From Chitinophagaceae bacterium (lineage in GTDB: Bacteria > Bacteroidota > Bacteroidia > Chitinophagales > Chitinophagaceae): 64,000 nt of DNA. Within the stretch, counting starts at the first letter, position 1. Each line of letters starts with the position of its first letter. This document shows positions 56,159-64,000 of the stretch, in pieces. The stretch lies in contig JBGAHR010000002.1 of the NCBI GenBank assembly GCA_044226045.1, forward strand, positions 97,059-161,058, read 5' to 3'. Below the pieces are notes generated by a model. That model had not been told where the DNA came from, made no database searches, and saw only the letters and a program-made list of their open reading frames with translations. Both the position numbers and the translations under genes were made by a program.

Positions 56159-57196
56159 ATGACTTTTCTTGTTATCATCATTGTTCTGGCGCTGGTTTTT
56201 GATTACATCAATGGATTTCATGACGCGGCCAACTCAATCGCCACTATTGTATCTACCAAGGTGCTGACCCCTTTTCAGGCGGTGCTATGGGCTGCGATCT
56301 TCAACTTCGCGGCTTTTTTTGTATCAAAGTACATCGTTGGTGAATTCAAAATCGGTAATACCATCGCCAAATCGGTGAATGAACACTTCATTACGCTTGA
56401 AGTAATCTTTGCCGGGTTGGTAGCCGCCATCGCCTGGAACCTGCTGACCTGGTGGTTTGGTATCCCTTCCAGTTCGAGCCACACCTTATTGGGTGGATTC
56501 ATGGGCGCAGCCCTTGCCAATGCTGGTCATCTTTCAAAAGATGGTATCGATGTAATTAATTACGCCAAGGTGATTCCTACTTTCCTGTTCATTTTCCTGG
56601 CGCCACTCATCGGAATGATCATTGCCTTTATCATTACGCTGCTAATCATCAATCTCTTCCGAAAAGCCAATCCTTATCGGGCTGAGAGCTGGTTCAGAAG
56701 ATTGCAGCTGGTATCTTCCGCATTGTTCAGCCTCGGCCATGGTGGTAACGATGCCCAGAAAGTAATGGGGATCATTGGAGCGGCTTATATTTTTTATGAA
56801 AAACAAAGAGGAGTAGACCTGACCTTCTCACAATTTGTAAATACCCATATGTGGGTGCCCCTCGCCAGCTTTACCGCCATTGCCATCGGTACCATGAGCG
56901 GTGGGTGGAAGATTGTAAAAACAATGGGAACCCGCATTACGAAAGTGACACCGCTGGAAGGCGTGAGCGCTGAAACTGCCGGAGCCCTCACCTTATTCCT
57001 GACAGAGAAGCTGGGTATCCCCGTGAGCACTACACATACCATCACCGGATCGATCATTGGGGTGGGCGCCACCAAACGACTTTCTGCTGTTAGATGGGGA
57101 GTTACCATTAACCTGCTTTGGGCCTGGATCCTCACCATTCCCGTAAGCGCCCTGCTCGCGGCACTGGTGTTTTATATCATGAAACTGTTCCTGTAA
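56159..57196 (+). CDS. pit: Inorganic phosphate transporter, PiT family
   Basis: GFHDAANSIAT, GIPSSSSH, GHGGNDAQK, GIPVSTTH. Confidence 0.95.
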   Translation: MTFLVIIIVLALVFDYINGFHDAANSIATIVSTKVLTPFQAVLWAAIFNFAAFFVSKYIVGEFKIGNTIAKSVNEHFITLEVIFAGLVAAIAWNLLTWWFGIPSSSSHTLLGGFMGAALANAGHLSKDGIDVINYAKVIPTFLFIFLAPLIGMIIAFIITLLIINLFRKANPYRAESWFRRLQLVSSALFSLGHGGNDAQKVMGIIGAAYIFYEKQRGVDLTFSQFVNTHMWVPLASFTAIAIGTMSGGWKIVKTMGTRITKVTPLEGVSAETAGALTLFLTEKLGIPVSTTHTITGSIIGVGATKRLSAVRWGVTINLLWAWILTIPVSALLAALVFYIMKLFL

Positions 57197-57218
57197 ACTA
57201 CAGTTACGATTCCTTTAA

Positions 57219-57552
57219 ATTACGGATGACGGATTACGAATTACGGATTACGGATTACGAATTACGGATGACGGATTACGAATTACGGATGACGGATTAC
57301 GAATTACGGATGTAAAAACAACCTGTCGTCCGCAATTCGTCATCTGTAATTACACTTGCTCATTGACCAATTAACCAATTGGCGTATTGCCAAATTGCAT
57401 TCCATCCGTAATTCGTCATCCGTCATTCGTAATCATCATTGGCTCATTGACCAATTGGCGTATTGGCACATTGCCAACCCATCCGTCATCCGCAATCCGT
57501 AATCCGTAATTAAATTGGCTCATTGACCAATTGACCAATTGGCAAATTGCAT
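57219..57552. repeat. Two-tier heptamer repeat field (TTACGGA/TTACGAA array, then three composite units)
   Basis: About 13 TTACG(G/A)A/TGACGGA units, then three 75-80 nt units of reverse-complement CCGTAAT/CGTCATC heptamers plus CATTGAC/CAATTGG heptamers. Confidence 0.87.
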
Positions 57553-57641
57553 TCCCCCCTTTACTTCCTTTTTCAAGCCTTTCTGCTTACCTTGGCAATA
57601 ATTTTACCATTAATCGGTTGTAATACAAAAAACTAAAATCC

Positions 57642-58508
57642 GTGAAAGGAATCATTTTAGCAGGGGGTTCCGGTACCCGCCTGCACCCCATTACCTACGC
57701 CATCAGCAAGCAGATCATGCCCATTTATGATAAGCCGATGATTTATTATCCGCTTTCGACCCTGATGCTGGCAGGCATTCGTGAAATACTTATTATCTCT
57801 ACGCCATATGATCTTCCGCAGTTCGAGCGATTGCTGGGAACCGGAAAAAACCTGGGACTTTCCTTCTCCTATGCCGAACAGGCAGTGCCAAACGGACTCG
57901 CACAGGCTTTCGTAATCGGTGAACAATTCATCGGGAACGACAGCGTGGCGCTGGTACTGGGTGATAATATTTTTTACGGTGCCGGCCTCGGCGAACAACT
58001 GGCCAGGAACACCCAACCCGACGGTGGAATCGTTTACGCTTACCATGTGAGCGATCCCGAACGTTACGGCGTTGTGGAGTTCGATAAAAACAACCGGGTT
58101 ATTTCGATAGAAGAAAAGCCGCAGAAACCCAAAAGCAATTATGCGGTACCCGGATTATACTTTTATGATAACAATGTGGTGCAGATCGCAAAAGACCTGA
58201 AACCCAGCCCCCGGGGTGAATATGAAATTACCGATGTAAATAAAGAATATCTTCGCCGCAACAAGCTGCAGGTCTCCATTCTCGACAGGGGAACGGCCTG
58301 GCTGGATACCGGCACATTCGATTCACTGATGCAGGCTTCCCAGTTTGTACAGGTAATTGAACAGCGGCAGGGAATCAAAATCGCCTGTATCGAGGAAATC
58401 GCTTATCGCAAGAAATTCATCGATGCGGCGCAACTCGAAAAAATGGCACAACCCCTGCTGAAAAGCGGATATGGTCAGTACCTGATGAACATCCTGAAAG
58501 AAGATTAA
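57642..58508 (+). CDS. rfbA: Glucose-1-phosphate thymidylyltransferase
   Basis: [46 protein letters not shown]. Confidence 0.97.
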   Translation: MKGIILAGGSGTRLHPITYAISKQIMPIYDKPMIYYPLSTLMLAGIREILIISTPYDLPQFERLLGTGKNLGLSFSYAEQAVPNGLAQAFVIGEQFIGNDSVALVLGDNIFYGAGLGEQLARNTQPDGGIVYAYHVSDPERYGVVEFDKNNRVISIEEKPQKPKSNYAVPGLYFYDNNVVQIAKDLKPSPRGEYEITDVNKEYLRRNKLQVSILDRGTAWLDTGTFDSLMQASQFVQVIEQRQGIKIACIEEIAYRKKFIDAAQLEKMAQPLLKSGYGQYLMNILKED

Positions 58509-58529
58509 ACTCAAAAAGGATTAGATAAC

Positions 58530-59585
58530 ATGAGCAAGATTCTAGTTACCGGTGGTTGCGGATATATCGGATCTCATACCATTGTAGACCTCGTAGAGAA
58601 CGGTTATGACGTAATTTCCGTTGACAACAATTCCAGATCCTCCACACGTCTGCTGGAAGGCATTGAAAAAATCACCGGAAAGAAAATCAAGAACTATAAA
58701 GTCGATCTCTGCAATTTCGACGACACTTACGCGATCTTTACAGAGAACGACGATATTGAAGGAATCATTCACTTCGCGGCGTTCAAGGCGGTGGGAGAAT
58801 CCGTAGAACAGCCCCTCCTTTATTTTGAAAACAACCTCGTATCGCTGATCAACCTGCTCAAATGCGTGCAGGAGTTTCACATACCCAATTTTGTTTTTTC
58901 GTCTTCCTGTACCGTTTACGGCAATCCCGATAAAATTCCGGTCACAGAAAACACCCCTCCCAAGCCGGCTGAATCACCTTATGGTTATACGAAGCAAATG
59001 GGTGAACAGATCATTAATGAATTTGCGAAAGCCAACCTCACACAGGCCATCCTGCTTCGCTATTTCAACCCCGTAGGTGCACACCCGAGTATCCTGCTGG
59101 GCGAATTGCCATTGGGAAGACCCGCCAACCTGGTGCCGGCCATTACCCAGACAGCCATTGGCAAATTACCGCTCATGACCGTATATGGTAACGACTACGA
59201 TACCCGCGACGGATCCTGCCTGCGGGATTTTATCCATGTCAGTGATATCGCACATGCACATACGCTCGCTATACAATATCTACAGAATGCCAAAAATACC
59301 AAGCGTTGCGAGGTGTTCAACCTGGGTACCGGCAATGGCGTAACCGTGCTGGAAGCCATCCGTGCCTTTGAAAAAGTAAGTGGGCAAAAACTGAACTATG
59401 TAATAGGACCCCGTCGCCCGGGAGATGTGATTGCGATCTACGCCAATAACGACCATGCCCGGAAAACACTGGGCTGGAATCCCAAATTCGGCCTGGAAGA
59501 TATGATGAGTACGGCCTGGAGATGGGAACAGAAACTCAAGAACGACGAACTTTTTTATCAAAAGAATACTACCGGACTAAACTGA
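58530..59585 (+). CDS. galE: UDP-glucose 4-epimerase
   Basis: GGCGYIGSHT, FSSSCTVYG, YGYTK, LRYFNPVGAH, RRPGD. Confidence 0.96.
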   Translation: MSKILVTGGCGYIGSHTIVDLVENGYDVISVDNNSRSSTRLLEGIEKITGKKIKNYKVDLCNFDDTYAIFTENDDIEGIIHFAAFKAVGESVEQPLLYFENNLVSLINLLKCVQEFHIPNFVFSSSCTVYGNPDKIPVTENTPPKPAESPYGYTKQMGEQIINEFAKANLTQAILLRYFNPVGAHPSILLGELPLGRPANLVPAITQTAIGKLPLMTVYGNDYDTRDGSCLRDFIHVSDIAHAHTLAIQYLQNAKNTKRCEVFNLGTGNGVTVLEAIRAFEKVSGQKLNYVIGPRRPGDVIAIYANNDHARKTLGWNPKFGLEDMMSTAWRWEQKLKNDELFYQKNTTGLN

Positions 59586-59592
59586 TCGATCT

Positions 59593-60117
59593 ATGTGGCT
59601 CCAATCGGCCTTGTTTTTTGTACTCAGCTTCACTGCACGGAACTTCATCGACCTCGAGAAAAGAACAGTCCTCGACGGTAAGGTGGAAGTGTTGCTGCCA
59701 AAAGACTGGAAGCCGATGAAAGAGGAACTGATCAAAAAGAAATATCCCGGAGCACGACCACCCAAACTGGTGTACAGTGATATCAGCGGAGCCGTCAGCA
59801 TTGCCTTCAACCACACGGATAGCAAGGCAAATCCGGCCACGCTCGACAAATACAGGGAAGTGTTGAAAGAAGGATTAAAGAGCGCCTATCCCGATGCCAG
59901 CTGGGAGGACGAAGGTATCCGGGAACTCAATGGCAAAAAAGTAGGCTTTTTCAAAGTAACCACCGACACACCCGACGATCGCATATATAATTATATGCTG
60001 TTTACCGATCTCAACGGCACCCTGCTGATCTGCTCATTTAATTGCACACAGGGAAGATTGAAGACCTGGAAACCTGTTGCCGAACAAATCATGGGTTCGC
60101 TGACTTTCAAAGAATAA
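59593..60117 (+). CDS. Hypothetical exported protein, possibly PsbP/DcrB-like fold
   Basis: Signal-like N-terminus; VEVLLPKDW...ELNGKKVGFF...LLICSFNC...EQIMGSL pattern. Confidence 0.6.
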   Translation: MWLQSALFFVLSFTARNFIDLEKRTVLDGKVEVLLPKDWKPMKEELIKKKYPGARPPKLVYSDISGAVSIAFNHTDSKANPATLDKYREVLKEGLKSAYPDASWEDEGIRELNGKKVGFFKVTTDTPDDRIYNYMLFTDLNGTLLICSFNCTQGRLKTWKPVAEQIMGSLTFKE

Positions 60118-60240
60118 GAACGGAACATCCGCCTCGTCCATTTATTTTCCACCAGTTAATTTCCCGAGGGGAAAACGAAAGGCGAAAAACGATGATCGCA
60201 ACATAACTTTTCCTTTACTTTGCAGCACCAAATTTTAAGC

Positions 60241-61194
60241 ATGTTAAAGGATATACAGTCAACCGGACAAAAAGATACCCGCAGTGGTTTTGGAGATGGA
60301 ATAGTGGAAGCCGCTCGCAAAAATCCAAATGTAGTGGCCCTTACAGCCGACCTGGCCGGTTCACTGAAACTTAACCAGTTTATCAAAGAGTTTCCCGATC
60401 GTTTTATACAGTGCGGAATCGCCGAAGCCAATATGATTGGTATTGGCGCCGGATTGACCATCGGCGGGAAGATTCCATATACCACCACTTTCGCCAACTT
60501 TTCGACCGGACGTGTATACGACCAGATTCGTCAGTCGGTAGCCTATTCCGGTAAAAACGTAAAAATCTGCGCCTCCCACGCAGGTCTTACCCTTGGAGAA
60601 GACGGCGCCACGCACCAGATCCTCGAAGACATTGGTCTCATGAAGATGCTGCCCGGAATGACCGTGATTGTTCCCTGCGATTACGCTCAAACAAAGGAAG
60701 CTACGATGGCTGTCGCAGAATATGAGGGGCCGGTGTATCTCCGTTTTGGCAGACCCGTCTGGCCTATTTTTACAGCAGGAATGCCCTTCCAGATCGGTAA
60801 GGCTCAATTCTTCTCTGAAGGAACCGATGTTTCCATCTTCGCCTGCGGACATATGGTTTGGAAAGCCATCGAAGCCGGAAAGATGCTGGAAGAAAAAGGA
60901 ATCAGTGTGGAAGTAGTAAATATTCATACCATCAAACCGCTCGATACTGAAGCTGTTCTTCAATCCATCCGCAAAACACGTTGCGCGGTTACAGTGGAAG
61001 AACACAATATCATTGGCGGATTGGGTGATTCCATTGCCCAGGTTGCCAGCAGCCATTTCCCCGTTCCCATCGAATACATTGGTACCAAAGATACCTTTGG
61101 CGAAAGCGGAACGCCCACTCAACTGCTGGAAAAGTATGGCCTCGATACTCCCAATATCGTTGCTGCCGCTGAAAAGGTGATGAAGAGAAAATAA
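60241..61194 (+). CDS. Transketolase family C-terminal (pyrimidine-binding) subunit
   Basis: DTRSGFG, CGIAEANM, GEDGATHQILED, YLRFGR, TVEEHNIIGGLG. Confidence 0.92.
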   Translation: MLKDIQSTGQKDTRSGFGDGIVEAARKNPNVVALTADLAGSLKLNQFIKEFPDRFIQCGIAEANMIGIGAGLTIGGKIPYTTTFANFSTGRVYDQIRQSVAYSGKNVKICASHAGLTLGEDGATHQILEDIGLMKMLPGMTVIVPCDYAQTKEATMAVAEYEGPVYLRFGRPVWPIFTAGMPFQIGKAQFFSEGTDVSIFACGHMVWKAIEAGKMLEEKGISVEVVNIHTIKPLDTEAVLQSIRKTRCAVTVEEHNIIGGLGDSIAQVASSHFPVPIEYIGTKDTFGESGTPTQLLEKYGLDTPNIVAAAEKVMKRK

Positions 61195-61308
61195 ACAAAT
61201 CAGCCAGTCCATTTAGCGGGAATTCGTTGATTTCCCGCATAAAATATTTTCTTTCGCCGTTAAACCCGGGTAGCAAAATCTGTTCTAAACCAACTTAAAT
61301 GCTAACCT

Positions 61309-61860
61309 ATGGCGGTAACCACCCAAGATACCGAGTTACTGATGCAGTTCCGGGATCCGGCTACCAAGGAGAAAGCTTATACCTCTATCATCAGGAAATA
61401 CCAGGAACGTTTGTACTGGCATATCCGTCGAATGGTCGTTGATCACGACGATGCCAATGACGTATTACAAAACGTCTTCATCCGTGTATGGAATGGCCTG
61501 GAAAACTTCAGAGAAGATTCCCAACTTTATACCTGGCTTTACAGAATTGCCACCAATGAATGCCTGACCTTTATGGAACAGGCTAAAAAGCGTTCCGCCG
61601 TGTCGCTTTCCGATGTGGAAAGCGGGCTGGAAAACAAGGTAAAGGCCGATAAACACTTCGATGCCAACAAGTTAGAATGGAAGTTACAGTTGGCGATCCA
61701 ACAACTTCCTGAAAAGCAAAGAGTTGTATTTACCCTACGGTATTACGATGAAATGCCCTATGAAGAAATGAGCCGTGTGCTGGATACATCCGAAGGGGCT
61801 TTGAAAGCGAGCTATCATCATGCCGTAAAAAAAATCGAGGATTATATACTGAATCATTAA
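61309..61860 (+). CDS. ECF RNA polymerase sigma factor
   Basis: Region 2 DANDVLQNVFIRVW...TWLYRIATN; region 4 LPEKQRVVFTLRYYDEMPYEEMS. Confidence 0.93.
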   Translation: MAVTTQDTELLMQFRDPATKEKAYTSIIRKYQERLYWHIRRMVVDHDDANDVLQNVFIRVWNGLENFREDSQLYTWLYRIATNECLTFMEQAKKRSAVSLSDVESGLENKVKADKHFDANKLEWKLQLAIQQLPEKQRVVFTLRYYDEMPYEEMSRVLDTSEGALKASYHHAVKKIEDYILNH

Positions 61861-61892
61861 ACTTTGAGCCAATTTTTTGATCCCAATAAGGT

Positions 61893-62753
61893 ATGAACAA
61901 CAGGATAAACATAGAAAATGAGTGGAAGGCGCTGGTCCCGGGTTTAGAGCCGGTCAGCACTGTTGTACCATATGCGGTTCCCCAGGGATATTTTGAGTCA
62001 TTTCCGGAATCCATGCTGGTGCTGGTAAAAGCCGATCCGGCAGTTTCTTTTGAAAAGGCAGAACAGCCCAACCCATACCAGATTCCTGCAGGATACTTTG
62101 AGGATTTTGCCGGCAAAATGCTGGCGAAAGTCAAAGCTCTGGAGAATGGTTCTGTTGGTGAAGAAATGGAAGCATTGTCTCCTTTGCTGAGCGGCCTGGG
62201 AAAAAAGACACCTTATAGCGTACCCGATGGCTATTTTAATGAACTGCCCGCTAACCTGACTGATGGTGCCCGCGCCATTGAAATAGTGAATGAAGAACTG
62301 GAGAACCTGTCGCCAATGATGAATCATCTCCGGACAGTTCAACCTTATGAGGTGCCGACGGGATACTTTGAGGATTTCGATCAGCAGATGCTGAGGAAAG
62401 TAGCACAGCCTAAAGGAGGAAAGTTGATTTCCATGGGTGGTGCGAGAAAGTGGATTCGATATGCTGCCGCTGCAGCCGTGGCCGGTCTGGTGTTTATTGG
62501 AGCAATGAAAATATTCAATCAAGGTCCGGCCAACGTAACTGGCCCCGAACTGGCCAAAATATCCGATACTGAAATTATCCAATACCTCGATCAGCAGACC
62601 AGTGATCCGGTAGCAGTTACCAACGAGAGCACCGGTAACGAGGTTACCTTTACCTCTGCCGATATGAAAGACATGCTGGCTGATGTATCTGATGAAGAGT
62701 TGCAGAAGTATGTAGACCAGCAGGTAACCGGAGAGTCAACTATTACAAACTAA
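61893..62753 (+). CDS. Putative membrane anti-sigma factor with repeated VPxGYF motifs
   Basis: Four (V/I)PxGYF repeats, single TM AAAAVAGLVFIG, position after the ECF gene. Confidence 0.7.
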   Translation: MNNRINIENEWKALVPGLEPVSTVVPYAVPQGYFESFPESMLVLVKADPAVSFEKAEQPNPYQIPAGYFEDFAGKMLAKVKALENGSVGEEMEALSPLLSGLGKKTPYSVPDGYFNELPANLTDGARAIEIVNEELENLSPMMNHLRTVQPYEVPTGYFEDFDQQMLRKVAQPKGGKLISMGGARKWIRYAAAAAVAGLVFIGAMKIFNQGPANVTGPELAKISDTEIIQYLDQQTSDPVAVTNESTGNEVTFTSADMKDMLADVSDEELQKYVDQQVTGESTITN

Positions 62754-62768
62754 TCACCCGATAATGTC

Positions 62769-63173
62769 ATGAAAAAGTTTTTACTCATATTCTGTTTGTT
62801 CCTGGGAGTGGGAATGGTGAGTTATTCGCAGGATAATGATGGAGGCGGACGTATCCAGGCCTTGAAGATTGCTTTTCTTACCAAAAAGCTCAATTTAAGT
62901 CCGGAAGAAGCCCAAAGGTTCTGGCCTATCTACAACAAGTATGAAGACGAGATCCGCAAAGCCAAACTGGATAACAGAACAGACGAATTGAAAAGAGAAG
63001 AAAAGATCCTGGATGTCAGAAAGAAATTCAATGGTGAATTCCTGAAAGCATTGTCCAGTGAAAAAGTCAATTCTTTCTTTAAGATAGAAAAGGAGTTTAA
63101 TAATTACCTGCAGAAAGAGATCATGGAAAGAAGGCAGCAGCGAATTGAACGCAATCGTCTTCGTCAGCAATAA
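62769..63173 (+). CDS. Periplasmic helical protein (Spy/CpxP-like, ECF-associated)
   Basis: Signal peptide; KIAFLTKKLNLSPEEAQRFWPIYNKY motif. Confidence 0.72.
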   Translation: MKKFLLIFCLFLGVGMVSYSQDNDGGGRIQALKIAFLTKKLNLSPEEAQRFWPIYNKYEDEIRKAKLDNRTDELKREEKILDVRKKFNGEFLKALSSEKVNSFFKIEKEFNNYLQKEIMERRQQRIERNRLRQQ

Positions 63174-63255
63174 CCATCGCCCCGAGATGCGCTGCCAGTT
63201 CAGACAATTACTACCAACCTGATTTCAAAATAGGTGTTTTTCATAGGTTAGCAAC

Positions 63256-63286
63256 GGCCGGCTCTGTTAAGAGCGGGCCTTTTTTT
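63256..63286 (+). terminator. Intrinsic terminator of the ECF operon
   Basis: GGCCGGCTCT GTTA AGAGCGGGCC TTTTTTT. Confidence 0.8.
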
Positions 63287-63379
63287 AATCTCGAATTATG
63301 CGAATTAGGCGAATTGCGGTTGTCTGTTCCGATTAGGCTAAATTTGCAAATCGTTAAATCTGGCAAGAAATAAATTGGC

Positions 63380-64000
63380 ATGAAGATCATTCCACTCTCA
63401 GAAGGATCATTTACGATAGATAAGTCAAAACTTTTTGTACCATTTGATCTGGACAAAGATGATTTACAGAAAAGATCCAATGGTAGTCTCCTGGTTGAGG
63501 TGCAACCATTTGTCCTGATCACTTCTGAAGACATCATTTTAATCGATACTGGACTAGGATTTGAAAAAAATGGAACTATGCAAATTCATCAGAATCTGAT
63601 GGACAATGGCATAAATCCATCAGAAGTAACCAAAGTCCTCCTTTCTCATTTGCATAAAGATCATGCTGGCGGAATTGCAAAAGGACCGAATGGCGAAGAA
63701 CAGAAACTGGCATTTCCAACTGCAAAGTATTATGTTCAACGAAAAGAATTTGAGTTTGCTTTTCAAAAAGGCTTCCCCTCCTATATAACAGATGAACTGA
63801 CGATTTTGCAAAACAATCCACAGGTAGAATGGCTTGATGGTAATGGAGTCATAAATGGCTATATTAAGTATGAAATCACAGGCGCCCACAGCCCATTTCA
63901 CCAGGTATTCTGGGTGATAGATGGCGGAACCACGGCCTTTTTCGGAGGCGATGATGCACCTCAGCTACAACAAATGAAGAGTAAATTTATAGCCAAGTAC
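63380..64000 (+). CDS. MBL-fold metallo-hydrolase, truncated by the window edge and absent from the ORF track
   Basis: Hand translation MKIIPLSEGSFTID...ILIDTGLG...LSHLHKDHAGG (HxHxDH)...GAHSPFH. Confidence 0.88.
   Translation, partial: MKIIPLSEGSFTIDKSKLFVPFDLDKDDLQKRSNGSLLVEVQPFVLITSEDIILIDTGLGFEKNGTMQIHQNLMDNGINPSEVTKVLLSHLHKDHAGGIAKGPNGEEQKLAFPTAKYYVQRKEFEFAFQKGFPSYITDELTILQNNPQVEWLDGNGVINGYIKYEITGAHSPFHQVFWVIDGGTTAFFGGDDAPQLQQMKSKFIAKY

Noticed and set aside
57642-61194. rfbA without rfbBCD and a lone transketolase C-terminal subunit
   Set aside because: Dispersed arrangements of these housekeeping genes are common; nothing in the sequence suggests a novel pathway
60361-61212. Long antisense ORFs (also 3694-4293, 5754-6371, 21258-22284, 26037-26687, 41404-42033)
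   Set aside because: Shadow ORFs opposite well-supported genes, with no recognisable motifs
63380-64000. MBL-fold gene as a metallo-beta-lactamase resistance gene or foreign AT-rich insert
   Set aside because: No signal peptide, HxHxDH is generic to the fold, and spot GC counts were mixed

Overview
A 64-kb window from a Bacteroidota genome, most likely Chitinophagaceae (TAnnTTTG -7 promoter boxes, five T9SS cargo genes, a SusC/SusD pair, a split ATP synthase operon). No rRNA, tRNA, CRISPR array, integrase or transposase was found. The left part holds T9SS cargo genes, a Tat-exported oxidoreductase/isomerase/FGE cluster, an ABC exporter, a TBDR-2TM-TPR-wHTH module and atpBEFHA without atpG. 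About 29.5-57.2 kb forms a phosphorus-acquisition region: a PhoB/PhoR-like two-component pair; a phosphonate locus (SusC, SusD, AlkP-family hydrolase, PhnZ-like HD enzyme, PhnX-like HAD, DUF5690 transporter, TIGR03364-type FAD oxidoreductase); a PlcP-like phosphoesterase plus glycosyltransferase; a TBDR plus beta-helix lipoprotein; and a phosphate porin, DUF47 and PiT. Four promoters in this region carry 11-bp-periodic (T/G)TAACA-like arrays in the same phase relative to the -7 box, i.e. a Pho-type regulon readable from sequence, and a candidate sRNA may belong to it. A ~4.4-kb tandem duplication (48.57-53.0 kb vs 53.0-57.49 kb) has one indel-riddled copy and is probably a long-read assembly artefact. 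Intergenic DNA is rich in ordered hexamer/heptamer/nonamer repeat cassettes, heptamer inverted-repeat elements and a conserved 26-nt motif plus terminator found three times. The right end holds rfbA, galE, a transketolase C-terminal subunit, an ECF sigma operon and an MBL-fold gene. Coordinates of non-coding features were counted by hand and may be off by a few bases; family assignments come from motif recognition, not database searches.
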